In this document: positions 17,242 through 25,718 of the stretch, piece after piece | Layout of the letters: every line of letters starts with the position of its first letter | Numbering within the stretch: position 1 is the stretch's first letter | Assembly (NCBI RefSeq): GCF_000446015.1 | Contig: NC_022093.1 | Coordinates: forward strand, 540,001-572,000 | DNA from: Thermofilum adornatum | GTDB lineage: Archaea > Thermoproteota > Thermoprotei > Thermofilales > Thermofilaceae | Direction: 5' to 3' | Length of the DNA stretch: 32,000 nucleotides | The notes under the pieces: generated by a model | What the model was told of the DNA's origin: nothing | Databases searched by the model: none | What the model saw: only the letters and a program-made list of their open reading frames with translations | Program-made: the position numbers and the translations under genes

Positions 17242-18150
17242 CTAGTCAAGAAGCATTTCTAGGTACCATTCCGGATCGAATTCTTTTAGGTCTCTTATAC
17301 CCTGCCCGACGCCGACAAAAATTATTGGCTTCCGTGTTATGTATACAATGGACAGGGCAGCACCTCCTTTAGTATCTGCATCAAACTTGGTGAGAATAGA
17401 GCCGTCGAATCCGACCTCGTTGTAAAATGTCTTGGCCTGCTCTACTGCATCGTTCCCTACAAGGGCATCTCCCACAAATATCTTTAGGTCTGGCTGAGAT
17501 ACTCTAACTATTTTCCTCATCTCGTCCATTAGATTCTTCTTTGTATGCATCCTGCCCGCAGTGTCGATCAAAACAACCTGAGACAAACCCTTTTCCCCGC
17601 GTTTCACAGCCTCATAGGCAACAGCGGCGGGGTCAGCATCATATCCCAGAGACACAAAGTCTGCACCAATTTTGGACGCCCAGTACTGTGCCTGCTCTAT
17701 GGCACCTGCCCGAAAAGTGTCAGCCGCCGCTATGGTAACCCTATAGCCCTTTTCCTTGTATAGATTGGCCAGCTTGGCCACAGTAGTTGTTTTTCCGTGG
17801 CCATTTGGCCCTAGAAATACAATTGTGAAATAGCCTTTTTGTCGAATAGCCTCAGCAGTTCTCTGCCATATATCTATCTTCCCCGCCTGGGAGAAAAGGT
17901 CTTCGAGGAGCCTCCTGAACTCTTTAAGGATGATTTCCTTCTTGTTTTCTAGTCTGCCTACTTTTTTCCCAGAAATACGCTCGGAAAGATCCCTAAAAAT
18001 AGACTCTGCAACTTCTAGGGCTACTCCTTCTTCGACAAGCTTCAATACATAGGTCGACGAAACCTCTTCTACAGCCTTGGGGTCAAGCTCCGTATAGGCA
18101 AGCTCCTCTACAAACGACTTTAAAACATTTTTCAGGCTAAAGCTCGGCAT
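17242..18150 (-). CDS. ftsY: Signal recognition particle receptor FtsY
   Basis: 302 aa SRP-type GTPase with FLGPNGHGKTTTVAKLA, AADTFRAGA, DTAGRMH and TKFDADTKGGAALS. The LX-pfdA-ftsY synteny is conserved. Confidence 0.93.
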   Translation of the reverse strand: MPSFSLKNVLKSFVEELAYTELDPKAVEEVSSTYVLKLVEEGVALEVAESIFRDLSERISGKKVGRLENKKEIILKEFRRLLEDLFSQAGKIDIWQRTAEAIRQKGYFTIVFLGPNGHGKTTTVAKLANLYKEKGYRVTIAAADTFRAGAIEQAQYWASKIGADFVSLGYDADPAAVAYEAVKRGEKGLSQVVLIDTAGRMHTKKNLMDEMRKIVRVSQPDLKIFVGDALVGNDAVEQAKTFYNEVGFDGSILTKFDADTKGGAALSIVYITRKPIIFVGVGQGIRDLKEFDPEWYLEMLLD

Positions 18151-18170
18151 TAGAAACTACTCCCGGCAGG

Positions 18171-18572
18171 CTATTTTGTTGCCTTGATTATTCCTTCGAT
18201 TTCTCTGATCCTAGACACGATTTTGTTCAAATCGTCTACTCTTTTTTGTATGAGCTGGTTCAGTTCTTCCTTTCTCTTGCTGAGGAAATCCAAAGTCTCC
18301 TCGAAGGTTTTCTCAACAAGTATGTCTCGCGCTATTGCCACTAGGAACTTCTCTTGCTTCTTCACATTTGCCCTGATATATATCCCTGAGGAAACCGGGA
18401 CAAGTATCTCCTTTGAATCTTCCAAAGAATTTATATTTTTAAGAGCCGAAATAGCAGCTTCAACTTCGGCGACTAGGCTCTGTGCAAGGGTTATTTCCTT
18501 CTCGAGTTCTTCAGCTATTTGGGCCAGGTAACCGTATTCCTCGGCCAGCCTCTCCCTACTTATCTGTGACAA
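18171..18572 (-). CDS. pfdA: Prefoldin alpha subunit
   Basis: 133 aa with two coiled-coil arms flanking a beta-hairpin core (EILVPVSSGIYIRANVKKQEKFLVAI). It sits in the conserved position between rplX and ftsY. Confidence 0.85.
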   Translation of the reverse strand: MSQISRERLAEEYGYLAQIAEELEKEITLAQSLVAEVEAAISALKNINSLEDSKEILVPVSSGIYIRANVKKQEKFLVAIARDILVEKTFEETLDFLSKRKEELNQLIQKRVDDLNKIVSRIREIEGIIKATK

Positions 18573-18578
18573 TTATAT

Positions 18579-18842
18579 TCACCTTAAAATATACGCGACA
18601 ATCTTGTCTGCCTGTGCCAGATCCCTGACGTATTCGTCCTGAACCTCTTCTAGGGGAACCTCTCTAATACTTGCAATCTTTATGTGGTTTCTAGTGAGCT
18701 TGTGTCTCGACCCCAAGATACTGTATACTTTTTCTTTTGCTTCGTCCTCGCTTAGCCCCCTTACGTAGATCCTAAACTTCCTTTGTTCGCCGAGCCTTAG
18801 ACGCATTGTTCCCGAAACTTCAAATGTTTTCACTGAACCCAT
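18579..18842 (-). CDS. rplX: Ribosomal protein LX (eL20/L18Ae family)
   Basis: 87 aa, KTFEVSGTMRLRLGEQRKFRIYVRGLSEDEAKEKVYSILGSRHKLTRNHIKI. Confidence 0.88.
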   Translation of the reverse strand: MGSVKTFEVSGTMRLRLGEQRKFRIYVRGLSEDEAKEKVYSILGSRHKLTRNHIKIASIREVPLEEVQDEYVRDLAQADKIVAYILR

Positions 18843-18930
18843 AACGACCCTCAGAAAAAATGTAACAAGATTTATAGTTTTTTTGCTTCAACGCGGCCAA
18901 AACTTCCTCACAAAGCATTTGTCAGAAAAA

Positions 18931-19033
18931 TGGTGGACCGGCCGGGATTCGAACCCGGGACCACCGCCGTTCTCGGAACCCCAACTTTCATGGTCCTTGC
19001 AAAGGCGGCATCCTCCCACTAGACGACCGGCCC
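18931..19033 (-). tRNA. tRNA-Ala(UGC) with a ~28-nt intron at or next to canonical position 37/38; the 3' CCA is genome-encoded
   Basis: The reverse strand reads GGGCCGG-TC-GTCT-AGTGGGA-GGAT-G-CCGCC-TTTGCA[AGGACCATGAAAGTTGGGGTTCCGAGAA]C-GGCGG-TGGTC-CCGGG-TTCGAAT-CCCGG-CCGGTCC-A-CCA. The anticodon TGC is at 19001-18999. A G3:U70 pair, the alanine identity element, is present in the acceptor stem. The intron spans about 18997-18970 (+/-1). Confidence 0.93.
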
Positions 19034-19054
19034 CCTTTGTTTAGAATACTTGAG

Positions 19055-19065
19055 ATTTTTAAAAG
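19055..19065 (-). promoter_or_regulatory. Putative TATA box for tRNA-Ala
   Basis: On the minus strand, CTTTTAAAAAT is centred about 26 nt upstream of the tRNA 5' end (19033). Confidence 0.4.
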
Positions 19066-19257
19066 TTTTTGCGCTGAGCTCCATCGCTTTTCTTTCCAGT
19101 CATTGTTTTTTGTATAGGAGAGATAACTTTCAGGATTATTTTCGGAAGCAATTTCATGTTTTTGTTACAAACCTATTACGGGGTTCATATGGTCAACAAA
19201 GGAAGTGACACTTTTTTGATTAGCGGAGGAGATTCCCTAGTTAGGGTGGAAAACACT

Positions 19258-19500
19258 ATGAAGAACCTAGTCTTGTTTGTTGGTAGTGATGAGGACTCAA
19301 AGAAGCTCCTCGAAGACATTAAGATTTGGGGGGCACACGACAAGATAAAGATTGTAGATGTAAGTGTAAATGGGTTAAGGGGCTGGCTTCTAGTAGAATA
19401 TGGGTCTACAAAGACACCATTACTCGTCACTAACAATACGATTCTCTCGGGCTACGAGGAAATTAGGAATTACATTAAGGCCTCTTTCTCAAACCAGTAG
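19258..19500 (+). CDS. Small thioredoxin/glutaredoxin-fold-like protein lacking a CxxC motif
   Basis: MKNLVLFVGSDEDSKKLLEDIKIWGAHDKIKIVDVSVNGLRGWLLVEYGSTKTPLLVTNNTILSGYEEIRNYI follows the glutaredoxin beta-alpha-beta...TxP...G topology but contains no cysteine. The ATG at 19258 is preceded by GGTGGA. The track start at 19156 is less likely. Confidence 0.5.
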   Translation: MKNLVLFVGSDEDSKKLLEDIKIWGAHDKIKIVDVSVNGLRGWLLVEYGSTKTPLLVTNNTILSGYEEIRNYIKASFSNQ

Positions 19501-19549
19501 ATCGTGGAAAAAGATAAATTATAATCCTTTTTCTGTTTCTAGATGAGCC

Positions 19550-20206
19550 ATGGATAGTGCATTTGCTGCCATTGACAATGTTCGCAAGGCGTTGCTTTCG
19601 AGCTTCCTAGTGTTTTATGGCTTCTACGTGTTTGTCCTTTTGGTTTTATTCTTCTTCACAATGGGGCCCAAAGCTCTCATGAATGTCTTTACCTTGCAAC
19701 ACGTGGTCAATGCTATAATCTGGATTTTACCTGCATACGTAGCAAACGGGTCGCCCGTAGTCATTGGAAAATTTTTCTTGTCAAAAAACATAAAGAGACA
19801 CCCAATAGATTTTAACAAGCGTTTCTTTGACGGTAGGGAAATATTCGGCAAGAACAAGACATTTGAAGGATTCCTCGGCGGACTGGCCGCTGGCTGTCTC
19901 GCCTCCCTTATACTACAATACATGGGTCTTCACGACTTAGCCCTAGGGAGTTTGCTGGCGCTGGGAGCTTTGCTGGGGGATTTGGTCGGCGCCTTCATAA
20001 AACGTAGAATAGGAATAAAGCCGGGGGATCCCGCGTGGATACTTGACCAGGTGGACTTCCTAATAGGATCCTTCATTTTACAGTTTATCTTCTTCGGAGA
20101 CCTAGACATGGGCCTCGCATTCATTGCCATGGTTATAACGCCTCTCATACATATCTTAACGAATTTCGCCGCTTATCTTCTAAAGCTAAAAAATGTTCCA
20201 TGGTAA
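19550..20206 (+). CDS. carS: CDP-archaeol synthase (CarS)
   Basis: Contains ILPAYVANGSPVV...PIDFNKRFFDGREIFGKNKTFEGFLGG...GDLVGAFIKRRIGIKPGD...DQVDFLIGS and the C-terminal NVPW typical of the CarS/DUF46 family. Family members are about 170-180 aa, so the start may be internal (ATG at 19661 or 19679). Confidence 0.85.
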   Translation: MDSAFAAIDNVRKALLSSFLVFYGFYVFVLLVLFFFTMGPKALMNVFTLQHVVNAIIWILPAYVANGSPVVIGKFFLSKNIKRHPIDFNKRFFDGREIFGKNKTFEGFLGGLAAGCLASLILQYMGLHDLALGSLLALGALLGDLVGAFIKRRIGIKPGDPAWILDQVDFLIGSFILQFIFFGDLDMGLAFIAMVITPLIHILTNFAAYLLKLKNVPW

Positions 20207-20297
20207 AGGGCTATTCTCTTCTCAAAGAAGTGTGTTGCCCGTTATAGATATCCGATAAATTTAACCGTTTGAAGATTTCTCGATAAACAGTGAATCT

Positions 20298-20705
20298 ATG
20301 ACAAGCATCGTTGAGCTCAGCGAGCTAATGAAAAAATACACACAAGAGTTCTCTGACGCAGTCTCGAGAAAAGACTACGACGCGGCAATCTCCCTTGCAC
20401 TTATGGTGCTAGAAAAACTCGTCACGATAGCGAGAAACGAGGTCTTAGGGGTGATAATTGACCCTACTGTACGTTCATTGGCAGACAACTATATTTCGGG
20501 GTATGAAAAGACACTCTCATACACAAAGGGTGTCCTCGAGGGGCTGAAATACGTGAGCCCCCTCTATGCCTACGGGGAAAAAGAACAGCTAGTCCAGCTC
20601 CTGGCGAGCTCTGTTTCAGAACTATTCTCATTCATAATGGGGGCTTTGATAGTCGTTGCTTCTCTTTCTCCGCCCACACACGAGGAGAGATTTGGAGTAG
20701 TTTAG
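20298..20705 (+). CDS. Hypothetical protein (predicted helical, one C-terminal hydrophobic segment)
   Basis: A 135-aa ORF with coding-like composition and no recognisable motif. Confidence 0.45.
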   Translation: MTSIVELSELMKKYTQEFSDAVSRKDYDAAISLALMVLEKLVTIARNEVLGVIIDPTVRSLADNYISGYEKTLSYTKGVLEGLKYVSPLYAYGEKEQLVQLLASSVSELFSFIMGALIVVASLSPPTHEERFGVV

Positions 20706-20726
20706 GACTCCAGGAAACACACATTG

Positions 20727-21044
20727 CTATATAACGTCTTTTGGACGCCTTATTTCAACTATCTCTACCTCCATGCCTGGGAGAATACCCAGCTTCTCTC
20801 TAACTTCTTTAGGTATGGTGAACTGTCTAGAGTCTGTGAACCGTGTCTTAAGCAACCTCACAAAAACAGTTACAGATTGATCGCCCCTGCGTAGGACTAT
20901 TTCCGCATATTCAAGGGTCTGAATTCCCAGGGCTCGTACAAGCTGAGCAGGGATCAATACCTGATTGTTGGAATAGACTTTAACCTTGTAAGGCAAAGTC
21001 GTTATGCTGAGTCCCCGTGCTCCCCTTCTACCCCTTGAAATCAT
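20727..21044 (-). CDS. AbrB/SpoVT (MazE-like) swapped-hairpin DNA-binding protein, apparently two tandem half-domains
   Basis: Contains QVLIPAQLVRALGIQTLEYAEIVLR and QFTIPKEVREKLGILPGMEVEIVEI, the SpoVT-AbrB signature. Confidence 0.7.
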   Translation of the reverse strand: MISRGRRGARGLSITTLPYKVKVYSNNQVLIPAQLVRALGIQTLEYAEIVLRRGDQSVTVFVRLLKTRFTDSRQFTIPKEVREKLGILPGMEVEIVEIRRPKDVI

Positions 21045-21240
21045 TTATCATCACCATTTAAAATAAGAATTTTCATAGATTAAAATTTTTTGATTAAGCC
21101 ACCCAAAAATTCAAAACCACGAAACGGTACATGTCTCGATACTGCCTCATGACACACAATAAGCCATTTCACAATAGCAACCGTGGCATCTGCTAGAAAA
21201 ACTTTTAAAGAGGGGTCGTCTGAAAGCCACTTGAGGGCAT

Positions 21241-21486
21241 GTGATAGCTAAAACTGATATTGAGAAAAAAGTAAAGAGCCTTTTTAAGGATGCCGAGATA
21301 GACGTCAAAGTTGACGGAAAAGGTGTTAAGCTAGCGATAGAGGGAGTAGGCGAAGAACTCAACACGTTGTTCGTCAAGCTTGGCGACCTCGTCTCTGGCA
21401 TAGCGAAGCTTACTGGCGCAAAAGACGCAGATGTCATAGTGAGCATACAAGGAGCCGCGTACGGTGTAGAAGTAGAGATTTACTAA
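21241..21486 (+). CDS. Hypothetical small protein
   Basis: 81 aa with a GTG start. It is lysine- and glutamate-rich, more protein-like than the overlapping antisense ORF 21147..21446, which is Ser/Thr/Pro-rich and low in complexity. No family recognised. Confidence 0.4.
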   Translation: MIAKTDIEKKVKSLFKDAEIDVKVDGKGVKLAIEGVGEELNTLFVKLGDLVSGIAKLTGAKDADVIVSIQGAAYGVEVEIY

Positions 21487-21526
21487 GTCCGGTTGAAGTT
21501 GAATAGAGAACATATTTCCTTGATGT

Positions 21527-22573
21527 TTAAAGACATTCAGCAGTTTTCTTTCTAAGATGCTCTATTCTAGACTGCATAGCCTTAACAATTCCGGGTTCTG
21601 ATACGGTTTCCCGGTCAATGGGTCCAAGTTCCTTTATGCATTTGCCTGAAACGCACGCCAGCATGAGGGCCCAGAGCCTTGCCACAACTTCGGGCTGGTA
21701 GCCTCCCCCTCCAGTCATAAGTATAGGTATTCCCTTAGATGCATACCTCGAAAGCATCAACGAGAAAGCGTAGTATGAATTATCAGTCAATCTGAGGCCT
21801 ACAAGGGGGTCTCCTTTATACGCGTCGCCCCCCGCCTGAACAATAATGAAGTCGGGATGATACCTTTCAAGTATTTCGTCGATAAAAGCTAAAACGAGCC
21901 TGAATACGTCGTCCCCACTTGGGAAAGGCATTGGAAGATTAATGTTTCTACATTGGCCCTCTCCCTCGCCTAGCTCATCTATCCATCCTGTCCCCGGATA
22001 AAATCCATAGCCGTAGCCATGGCTACTAATTTTTAGAATTGCATCCCTATAGAGTATCTCTTGTGTCCCATCGCCATGGTGAGCGTCGATATCCACTATT
22101 GCTATTCGTTGCACTCCATTTCGCGACAAATGTCTCGCGGCGATAGCAATGTCGTTAAAAACGCAGAAACCGCCGGCAGACGATCTCCTGGCATGATGAA
22201 AACCTCCCTGAGGATTGAAGCCTATCCCCCCTCTTTCTCTCAGAAAATCTGCAAGCATAAAAGTACCTGAAACCGCCAGCAAGGCTTTCTCGTATACCCC
22301 TGGGAAAGCCGGAGTGTCTCCATAGTCGAGAAGACCGACACCGATTCTAGACACCTCTCTGACAAACGAGACATATTTCTCATCATGTGCAAGAAGCAAT
22401 ACATCTTCTTGAATAGGTCTAACCTCTACAATCCTAAGAGGCAACATGCTCTGAAGAAGCGGCAAAAATCTATCATAGAAAACTCTCCGGGAGCCTGTCC
22501 ACCTATCCTTCAAAGAGGGAGGAGTAAAAGATATATCTCGATATTCTTTGTGCCAGGCTACCAATATTTCCAT
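21527..22573 (-). CDS. Histone deacetylase-family enzyme (AcuC / acetylpolyamine amidohydrolase-like)
   Basis: 348 aa with GGFHHARRSSAGGFCVFNDIAIAA and DIDAHHGDGTQEI (zinc and catalytic residues), and GGGGY near the C-terminus. Confidence 0.88.
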   Translation of the reverse strand: MEILVAWHKEYRDISFTPPSLKDRWTGSRRVFYDRFLPLLQSMLPLRIVEVRPIQEDVLLLAHDEKYVSFVREVSRIGVGLLDYGDTPAFPGVYEKALLAVSGTFMLADFLRERGGIGFNPQGGFHHARRSSAGGFCVFNDIAIAARHLSRNGVQRIAIVDIDAHHGDGTQEILYRDAILKISSHGYGYGFYPGTGWIDELGEGEGQCRNINLPMPFPSGDDVFRLVLAFIDEILERYHPDFIIVQAGGDAYKGDPLVGLRLTDNSYYAFSLMLSRYASKGIPILMTGGGGYQPEVVARLWALMLACVSGKCIKELGPIDRETVSEPGIVKAMQSRIEHLRKKTAECL

Positions 22574-22643
22574 GCCTATGATTTATATTCCCTCTTATTA
22601 AAAACATTTTTATCCCACATATCTTTAAGTAGCTTGACGAGAA

Positions 22644-23216
22644 ATGGAAAGAGAGTTTTACGAAGTCCGTTGGCATGGACGTGGAGGACAAGGAGTAGTC
22701 ACAAGCAGTGAACTTCTCGCCCTCGCCGCCCTAAAAGAGGGTAAACACGTTTACCATGCTCCCGAATTTGGGCCGGAACGCCGGGGAGCTCCTGTGAGAG
22801 CCTACACTAGGATAGGGAACGTCCCTTTAGAACTGCACTCCGGCATATACGAGCCCGACATAGTTGTCGTGATAGACCCCTCAATGCAGAACGAGCCCTT
22901 CATATTTGCTGGGCTCAAGAAAAACGGGACACTAGTAATAAATGCGAAGACTCCTAGCGAAAAGGTTCTAGAAAATGTGAAGAACCTTGGATTAAATCTG
23001 TGGATTGTGGACGCCTACAAGATAGCAATGGAGGTATTTGGGCGCCCATTCTATAATACGCCTATGCTCGGAGCACTAGTAAAGGCAAGCAACATTGTTA
23101 ATCTAGACTCTGTTCTCTCAGCCGTCTCTGAGCGGTTCTCCAAGGACAGCAAAATTGCACAGCTAAATGTTCTCGCAATTAAAAGAGCTTATGAGGAGGT
23201 GAAGAAATATGAGTAA
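22644..23216 (+). CDS. porG: 2-oxoacid (pyruvate/2-ketoisovalerate):ferredoxin oxidoreductase, gamma subunit
   Basis: 190 aa, RWHGRGGQGVVTSSELLALAA...GPERRGAPVRAYTRI. It is the first gene of a gamma-delta-alpha-beta operon with overlapping stop and start codons. Confidence 0.88.
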   Translation: MEREFYEVRWHGRGGQGVVTSSELLALAALKEGKHVYHAPEFGPERRGAPVRAYTRIGNVPLELHSGIYEPDIVVVIDPSMQNEPFIFAGLKKNGTLVINAKTPSEKVLENVKNLGLNLWIVDAYKIAMEVFGRPFYNTPMLGALVKASNIVNLDSVLSAVSERFSKDSKIAQLNVLAIKRAYEEVKKYE

Positions 23217-23505
23217 GAGCACACCATTTGTCTTGAAAACCTGGAAAGAAATGCCAATTGGAGGCATAATTTCGGAGCCCAAGACGAGCCTATACAATAA
23301 GACTGGTAACTGGCGCGCGTTAAAGCCCGTCCTTAACAAGGACAAATGTATAAGATGCCTGCTTTGCTGGACCCACTGCCCCGAGCCTGCGATCATTAGA
23401 CTTGATGACGACTATGTATCGATAGACTATGACTACTGTAAGGGATGTGGGATATGTGCGAATGTTTGCCCCGTACACGCAATTGAAATGGTGATGGAGG
23501 AATGA
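23209..23505 (+). CDS. porD: 2-oxoacid:ferredoxin oxidoreductase, delta subunit (2x[4Fe-4S])
   Basis: 98 aa with two ferredoxin cluster motifs, CIRCLLCWTHCP and CKGCGICANVCP. Confidence 0.9.
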   Translation: MSKSTPFVLKTWKEMPIGGIISEPKTSLYNKTGNWRALKPVLNKDKCIRCLLCWTHCPEPAIIRLDDDYVSIDYDYCKGCGICANVCPVHAIEMVMEE

Positions 23506-24686
23506 TGGGAAAACGTGTCGGAATGAATGGGGACAGGGCTGTAGCATTTGCCGCTAAACAGGCAAAGGTCGACGTGATCTCCGCTTACCCAATAACCCCC
23601 CAGACAATAATTGTCGAGACACTCGCCGAGTATGTGAACAATGGTGAACTTGATGCCGCTTTTATCCCAGTGGAGAGTGAGCACAGTGCTCTATCGGCTG
23701 CTATCGGTGCCTCACTGGCTGGGGCAAGAGTATTCACGGCAACGAGTAGCCAGGGACTTGCACTAATGTGGGAAATCCTCTGGATAGCCGCTGGTCTAAG
23801 AGCGCCGATAGTCATGGCAATGGGCAACCGCGCGCTCTCGCCCAACATTAATATCCACTGTAGCCACGACGACGCCTATGCTGCACGCGACACGGGATGG
23901 CTTCAATTATTCGCTGAAAACGTCCAGGAAGCATACGACCTAACACTGTTGGCTTTCAAAATTGCCGAGGACCACCGCGTCCTACTACCCACAATAGTCA
24001 ACCTAGACGGATTCATACTTACGCACGCCGCAGAGGGGCTCTACGTCCTAGACGACAAAGATGTTGACAGCTTCCTTCCGCCGCGGAAGCCAGTAAACCC
24101 AATAGACCCAGATAACCCAAAGACCTATGGGCCACTCGACTTTACCGACTGGTACATGGAGCACAGAAAAATCTGGTACGACACGTATCCAAATGTACCA
24201 CAGGTAATTAAGGAGGCCTTCGCCGAATATGAGAAACTCACCGGGAGAAGATATGTCCAGATAAAGACCTTCAACGCCGAGGACGCCGACAAAGCCATAG
24301 TTATTCTAGGCTCGTCCGCAGGCACCGCAAGGTATGCGGCTAGGAAACTAAAAGAAAAAGGACAAAACATGGCCGTTATAAGTCTGACGCAGTACAGGCC
24401 ATTCCCAAGAAAAGAGCTAAGAACCATACTTGAAAAATTCGACGTGGTAGCGGTCCTCGACAGGAGCCTAAGTTTTGGAAGCCCTGGAAACCAGCTCTTC
24501 ATGGATGTCGCCACATCCCTGTACAACGCGAAAAAGAAGCCTCTTCTAGTTAACGTCGTCTATGGTCTCGGCGGCAGAGACTTTACTCCACGCCACGTGG
24601 AGCAGGTGTACCAGTTAATGGAGGAGGTACAAAAGAGGGGTGAAGCTCCCGAAGAGCCTGTTTGGGTAGGATTAAGGGAGGCATGA
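23502..24686 (+). CDS. porA: 2-oxoacid:ferredoxin oxidoreductase, alpha subunit
   Basis: 394 aa with AYPITPQT, ESEHSALSAAIGASLAGARVFTATSSQGL and the typical C-terminal domain. Confidence 0.9.
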   Translation: MMGKRVGMNGDRAVAFAAKQAKVDVISAYPITPQTIIVETLAEYVNNGELDAAFIPVESEHSALSAAIGASLAGARVFTATSSQGLALMWEILWIAAGLRAPIVMAMGNRALSPNINIHCSHDDAYAARDTGWLQLFAENVQEAYDLTLLAFKIAEDHRVLLPTIVNLDGFILTHAAEGLYVLDDKDVDSFLPPRKPVNPIDPDNPKTYGPLDFTDWYMEHRKIWYDTYPNVPQVIKEAFAEYEKLTGRRYVQIKTFNAEDADKAIVILGSSAGTARYAARKLKEKGQNMAVISLTQYRPFPRKELRTILEKFDVVAVLDRSLSFGSPGNQLFMDVATSLYNAKKKPLLVNVVYGLGGRDFTPRHVEQVYQLMEEVQKRGEAPEEPVWVGLREA

Positions 24687-24687
24687 G

Positions 24688-25635
24688 GTGATGTATGTGA
24701 GCGTAAAGGCAACACCAATTAAAAGCCTGAAAGAACTGCCACGCACAGAACAGTTTGCGCCCGGACACCGTCTATGCGCGGGTTGCGGAATACCGCAAGT
24801 AGTCAGGTTTGCATTAAAGGCTGTCCCAGACCCCAAGGTAGTCGTCAACGCCACTGGATGCCTAGAGGTTGCAACAACTATTTTCCCATACACTAGCTGG
24901 GGCGTGCCCTGGGTGCACGTAGCATTTGAAAACGCCGCCGCAGTTGCAAGCGGGATTGAGGCTGCCTTCAGGGTTCTCTCCAAGAAGTACGGAACAAAGA
25001 AGCCGAAGATCATCGTATTTGGTGGCGACGGAGGAACATTTGATATCGGTTTCCAGGCTCTTAGCGGTGCACTAGAGAGGGGACACGACTTGATCTATAT
25101 CTGCTATGACAACGAGGCATACATGAACACTGGTATCCAGCGGAGCGGAGCCACGCCGAAAGGTGCAAGCACCACCACGAGTCCAGCCGGCAAGGCTGTT
25201 CCCGGAAAAATGGAGAGAAAGAAAAACCTGATAGAAATAGCCATTGCGCATGGAATTAAGTATGCGGCCACTATGAACCCGGCCTTCCCGATAGACATGT
25301 ACAACAAGATTGTAAAAGCCGCAAATACCCCTGGTCCAACCGTGCTACACTACTTTACTCCTTGTCCAACTGGATGGTACTTTGACCCGTCGAGAAGCAT
25401 TGAGATCGCTAGACTGGCAGTGCAGACCCGCATCTGGCCACTCTACGAGTATGAAGACGGCAAGATCAGGATAACCGTGCCCGTGAAGGATCCTAAGCCA
25501 GTGGAAGACTACTTTAAGCTTCAAGGTAGGTTTAGGCACCTGCTTGAACCCGAGAACAAGTGGTTGCTAGACGAGATTAAGCGGGACATAGAGGAGAACT
25601 GGAACAGGCTCCTAAAGCTCGCAGAACAGAAGTAG
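24688..25635 (+). CDS. porB: 2-oxoacid:ferredoxin oxidoreductase, beta subunit (TPP-binding)
   Basis: 315 aa with CAGCG, the GGDGGTFDIGFQALSGA TPP motif, YDNEAYMNTG and a cysteine set for the proximal cluster. Confidence 0.9.
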   Translation: MMYVSVKATPIKSLKELPRTEQFAPGHRLCAGCGIPQVVRFALKAVPDPKVVVNATGCLEVATTIFPYTSWGVPWVHVAFENAAAVASGIEAAFRVLSKKYGTKKPKIIVFGGDGGTFDIGFQALSGALERGHDLIYICYDNEAYMNTGIQRSGATPKGASTTTSPAGKAVPGKMERKKNLIEIAIAHGIKYAATMNPAFPIDMYNKIVKAANTPGPTVLHYFTPCPTGWYFDPSRSIEIARLAVQTRIWPLYEYEDGKIRITVPVKDPKPVEDYFKLQGRFRHLLEPENKWLLDEIKRDIEENWNRLLKLAEQK

Positions 25636-25718
25636 GGCTTCCCCAGGCTACACCTGTAAACTACCCGATAAACATTATCTTTTTTTATTTAGAGTGGCAA
25701 TTCATTTCTGAAGTTTAC

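Noticed and set aside
18843-19257. Whether tRNA-Ala marks an integrated element, since a tRNA gene is followed by small hypothetical genes.
   Set aside because: There is no integrase, no direct repeat of the tRNA 3' half, and no compositional shift. The downstream gene carS is core lipid biosynthesis.
21147-21446. Track ORF 21147..21446(-), 99 aa, opposite the 81-aa ORF at 21241..21486(+).
   Set aside because: It has a Ser/Thr/Pro-rich low-complexity translation with no plausible start context. The plus-strand ORF looks more protein-like, though neither is certain.
22644-25635. Whether the four-subunit oxidoreductase can be assigned specifically as pyruvate (POR) or 2-ketoisovalerate (VOR) ferredoxin oxidoreductase.
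   Set aside because: The gamma-delta-alpha-beta order and the motifs are shared by both enzymes. Substrate specificity cannot be read from the sequence by eye, so the call is kept generic.
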